A stretch of 64,000 nt of DNA from Candidatus Aminicenantes bacterium (GTDB taxonomy: Bacteria > Acidobacteriota > Aminicenantia > UBA2199). Each line of letters opens with the position of its first letter. The first letter of the stretch is position 1. The position numbers were made by a program, and so were the translations under genes. A model generated the notes under the pieces. That model worked only from the letters and a program-made list of their open reading frames with translations. It was not told the DNA's origin and did no database searches. Shown piece after piece: positions 9,352 through 18,052 of the stretch. The DNA is taken from contig JADFDP010000005.1 of NCBI GenBank assembly GCA_018262835.1, positions 276 through 64,275 on the forward strand, read 5' to 3'.

Positions 9352-10370
9352 AAAGGAACAACTCAATGAAAACATTAATCAAATTATTCATCTTATTACT
9401 ATTGGTGAGTAATTTATCAAACGCACAGAAAAAAGAAATAGATTTTCCAAAACTCTCTGGTCCTTATCTTGGTCAGAAGCCCCCAGGAATGATGCCTGAA
9501 CTGTTTGCGCCGGGAGTTATATCATTGGGATATCACGAACACCGGATAGCGATTTCCCCCGATGGTTCCGAAATCTATTTCCCTGTTTTCGGCAATGAGG
9601 TCGTTGCTGCCAAAATCATGTTTACGCGCCTCGAAAATGGGAACTGGTCGACTCCATGTGTTGCTCCTTTTTCTAATAAAGGGCTTAATCTTCATCCGTC
9701 ATTTTCGCCAGATGGCAACCAACTTTACTTCACATCGACACGGCCAGTAGACGAAAACAATACAAAGAAGAACAGGGCGGATATTTGGTATGTTGAGAGA
9801 ATTGGTAATTCATGGTCCCAGCCAATTCATATGGGCGATGAAGTAAATACTTCTTACAATGAGTCATGTCCATCGATAATGGCTGATGGCACCTTATTTT
9901 TTGAGTCGGCCCGAAATGAAGTGAAAAACCTTGATATTTATTTTTCTGTCCTTAAAGATGGGATACGTCAAAATGCTGAAAAATTAGGAAGCCCGGTTAA
10001 TACTGAAAATTCGGAAGGAGGACCTTTCATTGCCCCGGATGGAAGTTATTTGCTGTTCAACTCAAACAGGCCTGGTACTTTTGGAGAAGACGATATCTAT
10101 GTGACTTCTAAAGACAAATCGGGAGGTTGGGGCGAACCGGTTAATCTTGGAAAAAAGGTCAATTCCGCGTTTCTCGATTGGACTCCGGTAATTACTCCTG
10201 ATGGCAAATATCTCATTTTTTCAAGCTATCGGAATACTGACCTGATTGTTCCTGTTGATTCCATTTATTCTGAAAAATTGAAGAAAGAAATAGGATTACC
10301 TAAAACAGGGAATGGGACATTTTATTGGGTCTCTGCAAAAATCATTGAAAAACTTAGACCAAAAGGATAG
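9348..10370 (+). CDS. Secreted PD40/TolB-like beta-propeller protein 2
   Basis: Same motifs; PFIAPDGSYLLFNSNRPG; start 9348 or 9366. Confidence 0.85.
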   Translation: MKRNNSMKTLIKLFILLLLVSNLSNAQKKEIDFPKLSGPYLGQKPPGMMPELFAPGVISLGYHEHRIAISPDGSEIYFPVFGNEVVAAKIMFTRLENGNWSTPCVAPFSNKGLNLHPSFSPDGNQLYFTSTRPVDENNTKKNRADIWYVERIGNSWSQPIHMGDEVNTSYNESCPSIMADGTLFFESARNEVKNLDIYFSVLKDGIRQNAEKLGSPVNTENSEGGPFIAPDGSYLLFNSNRPGTFGEDDIYVTSKDKSGGWGEPVNLGKKVNSAFLDWTPVITPDGKYLIFSSYRNTDLIVPVDSIYSEKLKKEIGLPKTGNGTFYWVSAKIIEKLRPKG

Positions 10371-10372
10371 CC

Positions 10373-11311
10373 ATGAAAACACGAATCAATTTGATCGCAT
10401 TGTTACTTATTGTGGGTAATATTTTAGCTGCCCAGCAAACAGCAACAGAGTTTCCAAAACTTACCGGCCCCTATCTTGGCCAGAAACCTCCGGGAATGAC
10501 ACCGGAAATTTTTGCGCCGGGTATTGTGTCTACCAATGGATTTGAGCATAGCAAGATTGCATTTAACAAAGATGGTTCTGCTTTTTATTGGGCTGCACAG
10601 CCTGATATAAAAGGAGCCAACAGGTTTCAGCAAAAAATATGGTTTACTAAAAACAATAAAGATGGATGGAGCAACCCGAGACAATTACCGATAACACAAA
10701 TTGGAGGTCAGTCCCCTACTTTTTCCCCAATAGGTGATGAAATCTTTTTTATCGGTTCTGATGATAAAGAAGTCACCGATCCTCATAACATAAAAAACAA
10801 TCTTTACAAAATTGATAAAGAACAAAATCTTGTCAAAAATATTTCCGATCAATTTCCAATGCTTACAAAAAGCTGGTCTTTCGGTTTTGCAAAGAATGGG
10901 AATTTATATTTTGATTATAAGGAAAACAATGATAAGCCATACGAGATATATTTTTTGGAATACAAAAACGGAAAATATTCCGAGCCACAAAAGATGAATG
11001 ACTCAATTAACAATGGCAGCCAGAATATTCATCCATTTATTTCTTCCGATGAAAGTTTTTTAATATTCTCTTCCTTCTGCCCTGGTGGTCATGGCATTGC
11101 TGATCTTTATATCTGTTTTAAGGATAATACTGGTGCATGGACAGAAGCACAAAATATGGGCTCATTAATAAACACAGATATGTTAGAACGGTTCCCTTCA
11201 ATTTCTCCGGATGGTAAATATTTGTTTTTTACTAGAAACAAAGGATCCGAAATAAGTGATTTTTACTGGGTCTCTGCAAAAATCATCGAAGAATTAAAAC
11301 CAAAGGAGTAA
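10373..11311 (+). CDS. Secreted PD40/TolB-like beta-propeller protein 3
   Basis: Same motifs; PSISPDGKYLFF. Confidence 0.85.
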   Translation: MKTRINLIALLLIVGNILAAQQTATEFPKLTGPYLGQKPPGMTPEIFAPGIVSTNGFEHSKIAFNKDGSAFYWAAQPDIKGANRFQQKIWFTKNNKDGWSNPRQLPITQIGGQSPTFSPIGDEIFFIGSDDKEVTDPHNIKNNLYKIDKEQNLVKNISDQFPMLTKSWSFGFAKNGNLYFDYKENNDKPYEIYFLEYKNGKYSEPQKMNDSINNGSQNIHPFISSDESFLIFSSFCPGGHGIADLYICFKDNTGAWTEAQNMGSLINTDMLERFPSISPDGKYLFFTRNKGSEISDFYWVSAKIIEELKPKE

Positions 11312-11315
11312 AAAA

Positions 11316-12344
11316 ATGAAAACAATTTGCAAAGTATTGGTCTTGCTGCTTCTGGTATCATCCGTTTTGCCTGCGCAAGAAAACAGTGCTCCGCTGACAA
11401 AAGAAGAGAGAATCGCTTTTGTTGAAAATGTCAGCAAGCTGTTGAACGAGAATTATGTTTTCCCGGAGATTGCCGCGCAAATCGAAAAGCACCTTAAAGG
11501 CAAGCTTGCAGCCGGCGCTTTTGATAGTTTAACCGTTACCAGTGAATTCGCCGATACCATGACCAAGGAACTTCAATCCATAAGCCATGACAAGCATATG
11601 CGTGTACGCGTAAATTTAAACCGGGGTACGGCAGCCGCGCCGACGGTTCGGCCCGATCCCATCGTGCAGAATTATGAAAGAACGAAAAACCTGGAAATGA
11701 CCAATTACGGTTTCACCAAGGTTGAAAAGTTGGATGGGAATATCGGTTACCTCGATTTAACCGGGTTTCCTGCTTTGGCCTCTGCCAAGGAATATGCCGA
11801 TCTGGCAATGAAATTTCTATCCACTGCGGATGCATTGATCATCGATTTAAGGCGCAACGGCGGCGGCAGTCCCAGGCTCATCCAGTACGTATGCAGTTAC
11901 TTTTTCGAAAATCCGACGCATATCAACAGCCTTTACTATAGGGCGGCAAATCAAACCACTGATTTTATAACCTTTGAAAAAGTCGGCGGCAAGAAGATGC
12001 ATGATATCCCTCTTTTCCTGTTAACCAGCGCACAAACATTTTCCGGTGGCGAAGAATTTGCCTATAATATCCAGACACAGAAGCGCGGCACGCTTATAGG
12101 CGAGACAACGGGCGGAGGGGCCAATCCCGGTACCATATTCCCGGTAACAGGCGACCTGGTGATCTTCATCCCCACCGGCAGGGCGATCAATCCCATAACC
12201 AAAACAAACTGGGAAGGAGTCGGTGTTATACCCGAAATAAAATGTTCCGCCGATATGGCACTGGAAACCGCTCTGCCATTGGCGCGCGCAGCGGCGAAGG
12301 CTCAGGGGGAAGATTGGGGACGGTGCTTGACTTTGTTACTTTGA
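11316..12344 (+). CDS. S41 family (IRBP-like) peptidase; last codons read through a repeat element
   Basis: HDKH, IIDLRRNGGG, TFSGGEEF, IGETTGGGA, WEGVGVIP. Confidence 0.88.
   Translation: MKTICKVLVLLLLVSSVLPAQENSAPLTKEERIAFVENVSKLLNENYVFPEIAAQIEKHLKGKLAAGAFDSLTVTSEFADTMTKELQSISHDKHMRVRVNLNRGTAAAPTVRPDPIVQNYERTKNLEMTNYGFTKVEKLDGNIGYLDLTGFPALASAKEYADLAMKFLSTADALIIDLRRNGGGSPRLIQYVCSYFFENPTHINSLYYRAANQTTDFITFEKVGGKKMHDIPLFLLTSAQTFSGGEEFAYNIQTQKRGTLIGETTGGGANPGTIFPVTGDLVIFIPTGRAINPITKTNWEGVGVIPEIKCSADMALETALPLARAAAKAQGEDWGRCLTLLL
12316..12342 (+). repeat. GGGGAC-tagged repeat, subtype A
   Basis: GGGGACGGTGCTTGACTTTGTTACTTT; near-identical copy at 15099-15125. Confidence 0.85.
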
Positions 12345-12454
12345 GGAATAGGCGATTTGTTTACAAATCACAATTATTTAAAATGCGTTATGATCAACCT
12401 TGCTTTTTGAGATAAACAAGGGAGAACCGAAGAATGCAGAAAGTAGACAGGCAT

Positions 12455-12892
12455 ATGAAAAAGAAGCTCATCTTTGTTGCCGCGCTGCTGGCCTTGGCTT
12501 GGCTGCCCGCGGTTGCGGCGGATACGGCAGAACTCGCCCAGCAGGTGCGGGCGGCGGAAACGGCTTTCGCCAGGACCATGGCTGACCGCGACTGGGCGGC
12601 CTTCAAGGCTTGCATTGCAGTGGAGGCCGTTTTCTTCGGTCGTAAGGGCGTCCTGCGCGGCAGAGACGCCGTGGCCGAGGGCTGGAAGCCGTACTTCGAA
12701 GGGATCAAGGCGCCCTTCTCTTGGGAGCCAGAGCAGGTGGAAGCGTTGGCATCGGGTACCCTGGCCCTGAGCAGCGGACCGGTCATGGATTCTGAGGGGA
12801 AGCGCAGCGGAACCTTCCAATCGGTCTGGAGGCTTGAATCCGACGGCCGCTGGCGGATCGTTTTCGACAAGGGGTGTCCTCCCTGCGATTGA
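12455..12892 (+). CDS. NTF2-like DUF4440/YybH family secreted protein
   Basis: Signal peptide, AAETAFA, FSWEP, SVWR...WRIVFDKG. Confidence 0.85.
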   Translation: MKKKLIFVAALLALAWLPAVAADTAELAQQVRAAETAFARTMADRDWAAFKACIAVEAVFFGRKGVLRGRDAVAEGWKPYFEGIKAPFSWEPEQVEALASGTLALSSGPVMDSEGKRSGTFQSVWRLESDGRWRIVFDKGCPPCD

Positions 12893-12934
12893 AGTTTTAA
12901 ATCTAGCTGCGGCTCTTTCTTTTTTAGGGAGTTT

Positions 12935-13014
12935 GGGGACGGTGTTTGTTCTTATTTAATCCGAGATTAAAAATCCCGTTTTGGCATTGGTACCAGGTCT
13001 TTCATTATTATATT
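12935..13014 (+). repeat. Two GGGG-tagged repeats (subtype A at 12935, subtype B at 12989)
   Basis: GGGGACGGTGTTTG...; GGTACCAGGTCTTTCATTAT matches 15057 GGGGCCAGGTCTTTCATTAT. Confidence 0.75.
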
Positions 13015-13047
13015 AACAAAGATAAACCAGAGTGAGTTGCTCCAGGT

Positions 13048-13148
13048 GTAGCAACACGGCGTGCTGTGACCTCTTATCCTGATGTAGGGGCGCGGTCATC
13101 GCGCCCATAATCGTCATTGCCACGAGGGGCGGGACAACCCCGCCCTAC
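13048..13148. repeat. GTAG-tagged REP cluster (solo REP at 13048 plus inverted dimer 13084-13148)
   Basis: GTAGGGGCGCGGTCATCGCGCCC ... GGGGCGGGACAACCCCGCCCTAC; GTAGCAACACGGCGTGCTGTG. Confidence 0.8.
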
Positions 13149-13269
13149 GAGAAAAAACATTTCATGGAATGGATCCTGGCAAGTTGACAATTTGCGGGCA
13201 TTGGCAATTTGATTAAGGGAAATATATAATACGAAAGCAGATGCGAGTACCATAAAAAACGGAGGAAAT

Positions 13270-13851
13270 ATGAAAAAAACAATCATCCTATTGACAATTT
13301 GCCTGGCCGTCGCGCCGCTCCTGGCCCAGGACAAGCCGTCGGATGCCGACCAGCAGAAGGCCATGGAAGTGTACATGAAGGCAGGGGCGGTGACCGAGAA
13401 CCATGAGTTCCTTAAAAAGTACGCCGGCAGCTGGGACTGCCAGGTCAAGGGCTGGATGGCCCCGGGCCAGCCGCCCACCGTCAGCCAGGGAACGTTCCTG
13501 GGCGAAATGCGCCTGGACGGCCGTTTCCTGTTCATGGATTTCAAGGGCGAAATGTTCGGCCAGCCCTTTGCCGGGGTGCAGATCATCGGCTTCGACAACA
13601 TGCAGCTGAAATACATCTCCCTCTGGATCGACAACTCCTCGACCTTTTTCTTCATGACCACGGGCACGCGCCTGGACAACGTCATCAGCGAATCGGGGCT
13701 CTGGCCCGACCCGCTGACCGGCGCCCAGCTCCCGGTGAAGGCCAGGACCACCTGGGTCGGCGCCGACGAATACCTCTACGAGCAGTTCATGGTCCAGGCC
13801 GACAAGAGCGAGTTCAAGAGCATGGAGATGAGCTGCAAGCGCCGGAAATAA
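13270..13851 (+). CDS. DUF1579 family secreted protein
   Basis: Signal peptide, H..L...AGSW, LDGRFL, GFDN..KY.S.WIDN. Confidence 0.85.
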   Translation: MKKTIILLTICLAVAPLLAQDKPSDADQQKAMEVYMKAGAVTENHEFLKKYAGSWDCQVKGWMAPGQPPTVSQGTFLGEMRLDGRFLFMDFKGEMFGQPFAGVQIIGFDNMQLKYISLWIDNSSTFFFMTTGTRLDNVISESGLWPDPLTGAQLPVKARTTWVGADEYLYEQFMVQADKSEFKSMEMSCKRRK

Positions 13852-13860
13852 TCGGGAATT

Positions 13861-14070
13861 GGGGACGGTGCTTGTATTTTTCTATTTAGCATACATGGAG
13901 TAAAAGAATGAAGGAAGATCTGGTGTCAGGTCTCAAAAATAAAAGTCTGTAAAAAAAAGGGAGCTTCCGGGGTCGGGGAGCTTTCAGGGTCGCGTCTCAG
14001 CAATAAACTTTGTTCCTTTCTGTGAAATCAGGCTGACATCCTAAAAACATATAAACAAGCACCGTCCCTA
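13861..14070. repeat. Cluster of GGGG-tagged repeats between convergent genes
   Basis: GGGGACGGTGCTTG 13861(+), GGTGTCAGGTCT 13922(+), GGGGTC/GGGTCG about 13970-13990(+), AGGGACGGTGCTTG ending 14069(-). Confidence 0.8.
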
Positions 14071-14529
14071 ATCTTTTCCGGAAGCGACGGGCTCGCGCTT
14101 CAATATGGCGCTGCTCTCCGGCTTCAGGGTGCCATCGCTCATCACTTCGCAGACTTCCTGCTCGTAGGTGTCGGTGTTGATGAACTTCAGGCGGATGGCG
14201 GCGACGCCGGGCTCCCTGAGCCAGCGATGGATCAGCCGCCATTCGCCGCCGGCGAATGTCGACTCGCCGAAGGCGATCTTGCCGCTTTTGTAGACGGCGA
14301 CGAAGTCGCCCGGGCCGGATGCAGAGATCGTGAAAAACGCCTCGGCGGTCGGCCCGGGAGTGTCCCCGCTGCCGGCCGTGAGCCAGCTCTCGTGCAGGAC
14401 ATTGCCGTCAAGAACTTTCTGCCACTGCGAGCGCACGATCTCGCCTTCGCCCCCGGCGCTGCGCCGGCGCCCGATCCATGAGCCCGCTAGCGACTCGCAA
14501 AATTGCGTGAAACCGTCACTGGTCGTCAT
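14068..14529 (-). CDS. Hypothetical beta-rich protein (lipocalin/DUF1579-like)
   Basis: LAGSW.G start; overlaps the upstream gene; stop codon lies inside a repeat. Confidence 0.65.
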   Translation of the reverse strand: MTTSDGFTQFCESLAGSWIGRRRSAGGEGEIVRSQWQKVLDGNVLHESWLTAGSGDTPGPTAEAFFTISASGPGDFVAVYKSGKIAFGESTFAGGEWRLIHRWLREPGVAAIRLKFINTDTYEQEVCEVMSDGTLKPESSAILKREPVASGKD

Positions 14530-14833
14530 TCTGCTCCTCCATCTGATGACTCGCCTCGCTGCCGTAGTCGAGCTCGTAGATTTTCTTCAGGTCGCGCACC
14601 TTTTCCAGGCTTTTCCTGGACAGCGCGCACTTGCCCTCGAAGGCATGCAGCACGATGCCCTCGAGCAGGTCGCCCACGGAGAGGTCGTGGAACTCGGCCA
14701 GGCCTTTGAGCACCTTCAGGAGCCGCTTCTCGATTCTCACCCCGGTTTGCACGCGTTCGACGGTGATGAAGCCCTTTCTCCGGCTCATTTGCCCCCCGCT
14801 TTTTGCGGACGGATTGGAATTCGTTCTGCCCAT
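14516..14833 (-). CDS. Small putative ribbon-helix-helix-like DNA-binding protein
   Basis: VERVQTGVRIEKRLLKVLKGLAE...GDLLEGIVLHAF; start 14833 (GGAGGTG SD) or 14788. Confidence 0.75.
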   Translation of the reverse strand: MGRTNSNPSAKSGGQMSRRKGFITVERVQTGVRIEKRLLKVLKGLAEFHDLSVGDLLEGIVLHAFEGKCALSRKSLEKVRDLKKIYELDYGSEASHQMEEQNDDQ

Positions 14834-14882
14834 TCATTCACCTCCGGCGCGGAGCCGCTTGATCTCGCGGATCTCCTTTTGT

Positions 14883-14932
14883 GTATATAGGTACCAAGAT
14901 ACATATATACCATAAATGACTTGGCTTGTCAA
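14883..14932 (-). promoter_or_regulatory. Promoter (-35 TTGACA) and inverted repeat, probable autoregulatory operator
   Basis: GTATATAGGTA-N6-TACATATATAC 14883-14910; TTGACA on minus strand 14932-14927. Confidence 0.55.
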
Positions 14933-14985
14933 CGGGCGGCGGAAAAAAGAAGTTGGGGAAGCCGGCATTCCTCAAGCGTAAGGCC

Positions 14986-15126
14986 GGGCGCTGCTCCTGC
15001 CCCTACAAAATTACAAGCACCGTCCCTAAAGAAGGGAATTGGGGTCAAGGGGCATTGGGGCCAGGTCTTTCATTATGACATTCAGTTTTCAGTTATATTG
15101 GGGACGGTGCTTGACTTTATTACTTT
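14986..15126. repeat. Repeat hot spot: degenerate GTAG REP abutting four GGGG-tagged repeats
   Basis: GGGCGCTGCTCCTGCCCCTAC 14986-15006; CAAGCACCGTCCCT(-) about 15014-15028; GGGGTCAA 15041; GGGGCCAGGTC 15057; GGGGACGGTGC 15099. Confidence 0.8.
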
Positions 15127-15227
15127 GCAGACTAATTCTCCGGCGACCTGAATTTGCGGGTAATGGCCACGGCTGCCCCCTGCTCGGTAAAAGCGAAAGG
15201 GCGATAGTTGCGGTGCCGGGCCGCGGC

Positions 15228-16667
15228 TTAGGGAAGGTCCGGCGGCTGGCGGAACAGCTCGAAACGGCCAACCGGGTCCTCGAGGCCCCACAGCTCCATG
15301 GTCATCATGGCGGGGCCGATGTCAGCCCTGGCTTCCATGAGGTTCCCGGCCCCCCTGCTCTTGAAGGTGAAGGCCAGCTTGCCGCCGGCCAGGCGGATGT
15401 GCTCGAGCGCGGTGCGCTCGGCCAGTTTTTCGGGCCCGCTGATCTCCCCGAAGACCGCGTCCCCTTTGCAGAAGAGGCGTATCTCCCAGCCGGGCTTTTC
15501 GCCGGGCTTTCCGGGCTTCGCTTGCCAGCGGCCGGCGAACGGCTGGTGGGCGGCCTCCTGCGCGAAGGCGGTGTGGGTAGCCAGCCGCTCGACCAGCTCC
15601 TCCTTGCGCAGCCCGCCCATCTCCCAGAAGGGTGCCGGCAGGGGCAGGGCGGCGATGAATCCGGCCATGGCCGCGCAGTTGAACGGCGCAAATCGCGCGC
15701 CGACGTCTCCGCCCTCCCGGATGTCGATATCCAGGATCAGGGCCGGGGCGGTGTTGGCGAAATCGAGATCGGCGATGGCGAAGTGCTTGACCTGCGGGTT
15801 CAGGCTGGTCTTGAAATGGACGACACGGCGGCGGACGTCGAACAGCACCGACCAGTCGGGCGCTTCGGTCACGGTCAGGTTCTTCAGCACCTGGAAGCCG
15901 TAGGCCACGGCGTCCCGGCTCGCGTCGTACTCCTTCAGCATGATCGCCGTCTTGACGTAGCGCGGCACCCGGGGATCGTCCAGGCGCGGTTCATAGGCGC
16001 CGCCGAAGCCCAGGAAATAGCGCGCCAGCTCGACTTCCCGCGCGTAGAGCGTGTTGAAAAGCCCGGGGACGGGCATGGCCGCGCCCTGGTGCACGACCAC
16101 CCGGCCGGCGTCGAAATCGATGCTGGCGCAGCGGCCGGCGTCGTCGCCGACGAAGAAGTGCCAGCCCCAGCCGTCGATCTCGATGGCGCTGGCGCAGCGG
16201 ACCGCCTCGTCCACGGTGGAGGAGTTGTCCAGGATGTACTGCATCCACTGCATCTGGTTGAGCTTGGGCAGGGAGCTGTTCCGGGGATAGACCACCTCGG
16301 CGTTGCCCAGGCCCATCTCCCAGATGTACAGGCCGGCTTCATTCATGCCGCCGTCGGGCAGGTCCTTGCCGAAGGTGTTGAACGTCACCGAGCCGAAGCG
16401 CGAGATCCAGGCCAGCGGGGAAGTATTGGCGTGCGACCGGCCGGACAGCTGGCTCCAGCTGCGGCCGGTCTTGAAAACCCCGCGCTTGTTGACGAAGACA
16501 AGGCCGGGGACATCGATGCCGTTGGCGTTCAGGTTGTGGCCGTAAATAAGCTCGTTGCCATGCTGCAGCTTGAACGTGGAGCAGGCGGGAGCGGCGAGCG
16601 GGAGCAGAAAGCCCAGCGCCAGGATCAGCGCTGCGGCCACGAGGACAAGCGGTTGATGGTGCTTCAT
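15228..16667 (-). CDS. Secreted Ntn hydrolase (choloylglycine hydrolase/penicillin V acylase family) with C-terminal extension
   Basis: Signal peptide ending PA-CSTF (N-terminal Cys), GHNL, DGGMNEAGL, QYILDN. Confidence 0.85.
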   Translation of the reverse strand: MKHHQPLVLVAAALILALGFLLPLAAPACSTFKLQHGNELIYGHNLNANGIDVPGLVFVNKRGVFKTGRSWSQLSGRSHANTSPLAWISRFGSVTFNTFGKDLPDGGMNEAGLYIWEMGLGNAEVVYPRNSSLPKLNQMQWMQYILDNSSTVDEAVRCASAIEIDGWGWHFFVGDDAGRCASIDFDAGRVVVHQGAAMPVPGLFNTLYAREVELARYFLGFGGAYEPRLDDPRVPRYVKTAIMLKEYDASRDAVAYGFQVLKNLTVTEAPDWSVLFDVRRRVVHFKTSLNPQVKHFAIADLDFANTAPALILDIDIREGGDVGARFAPFNCAAMAGFIAALPLPAPFWEMGGLRKEELVERLATHTAFAQEAAHQPFAGRWQAKPGKPGEKPGWEIRLFCKGDAVFGEISGPEKLAERTALEHIRLAGGKLAFTFKSRGAGNLMEARADIGPAMMTMELWGLEDPVGRFELFRQPPDLP

Positions 16668-16985
16668 TTCAATCTCCTGGTCAAACATTTTTTTTTGCGG
16701 CGGCGCAGGCCGCAAGTGAATCCAACACCCGAGGCGGGAAATTGTTGCGGTTGAATCAGTGAGCATTGATCATCAGGGCTTGTCAACATGCTGTGAGCGT
16801 TGTCAAAAGGAAAGCTCCGGGGTCAGGGTTCCAGGTTCCGGAAATAAGGCGGCAGTGGATGGAATCAAGTCCGGGGTGACGCGGAACTAAAAAGGGGAAT
16901 GGAGACGGTGGTTGAGTTTGTGACTTTGGCTGACACTCATGCATCCAGTGGAAAAAGCAGCAATGGAAACCCGGGGGCAATATTC

Positions 16986-17330
16986 CTATTCGATCGAAAC
17001 CCGGTCGCCATGACCCGGCGGCGCGGAGATGACGAGGAAGGCAAGATCCGTATTGCCGCGATTGAGCAAACGATGGGGCGATCCGGGCGGCACGGCGAAA
17101 CCCTGCTGGGGGCCGAGGACCACCTCCTTGTTTTCAAGCTCCATGACGGCTTCCCCGGACAGGACGAAGAAGAACTGCTGCGCCTGTTGATGAACATGGC
17201 GGGTTTCCGTCCCGCCGGGCGGGACGCGCTCCTGGATGACGCTGAGAGCGGGAGTTTTCAGCAGGTGCCAGCCGTCGCAGACCCCGCCCCAGGTATAGTG
17301 TTCGCTGTTTTTCTTACTGATCGCTTCCAT
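16986..17330 (-). CDS. Cupin domain protein
   Basis: EHYTWG..CDGW.L, H.H....QFF.VLSG, PPG.PH. Confidence 0.88.
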   Translation of the reverse strand: MEAISKKNSEHYTWGGVCDGWHLLKTPALSVIQERVPPGGTETRHVHQQAQQFFFVLSGEAVMELENKEVVLGPQQGFAVPPGSPHRLLNRGNTDLAFLVISAPPGHGDRVSIE

Positions 17331-17817
17331 TGCTTTTTTCCGTTTTCTTGCCGCTCATGAACTCGATGTCGATGCGGCCGATGTTTGTTGCCTCGACCCG
17401 GGCGTCGGTCACCTTGGCGGCCATGACCCGGTCGGGATCCGGCTCCAGCTGGCGGATCATCACGGCCAAAGCATGGCGCTTCTCGGTTGCGTCGGCGACG
17501 AAGCTCACCCGGCCGCTGAACTGGACGCTGGAGAACAAATGGTCGCATTTCCCCTGCACGTAGCCGCGGTCGATGAACGCCTGGCCCCAGACGCGGTTGT
17601 TGTCTTTGAGGAAATCGATCTTTTTCCCCGCGAAGGCGCAATGGAAATAAATAGCGTTCCGCTCGTCGTCATAGCCGTGGCTGAGGGTGACGAGGTAGGG
17701 CTCGTTGTCGCGGCACATGGCGACGGTGACATAGCGGGTTTTCGCCAGGATGGCTTTCAATTCGGCGATGTCCCGGATCTCCTGTTCCTTCCGGCGCAGC
17801 GGGTGATACGATTTCAT
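17314..17817 (-). CDS. Pyridoxamine 5'-phosphate oxidase-like (Nim-like) flavoprotein
   Basis: LRRKEQEI, PYLV.L, IYFHCA..GKK, MSGK. Confidence 0.88.
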   Translation of the reverse strand: MKSYHPLRRKEQEIRDIAELKAILAKTRYVTVAMCRDNEPYLVTLSHGYDDERNAIYFHCAFAGKKIDFLKDNNRVWGQAFIDRGYVQGKCDHLFSSVQFSGRVSFVADATEKRHALAVMIRQLEPDPDRVMAAKVTDARVEATNIGRIDIEFMSGKKTEKSNGSDQ

Positions 17818-18052
17818 GTCGTGTTGCTCCTTTGATTTTTGCGCATCCCTTCGAAAAAATGCATTGTAGCGAAAATCGGGCAGAGAAGCAATTCAGGCAG
17901 CGGGGTCGGGTTCTGAATTGATGAACCGGGGAAAACCGGTTTTTGAAAGTCGCAAAGTCAGGCGTCCCCCATTTTCGCTGCGGTTGGCATGTGCATCGTT
18001 TTCAACTATAATTACCTTTCATCGAAATAAACAGGCCTGGAGGAGAATAACC

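Noticed and set aside
12316-15128. Integron attC cassette array
   Set aside because: No RYYYAAC...GTTRRRY ends or long attC hairpins, mixed gene orientation, and no intI in the window.
15039-16754. 571-aa plus-strand ORF
   Set aside because: Antisense to the Ntn hydrolase and starts inside a repeat cluster.
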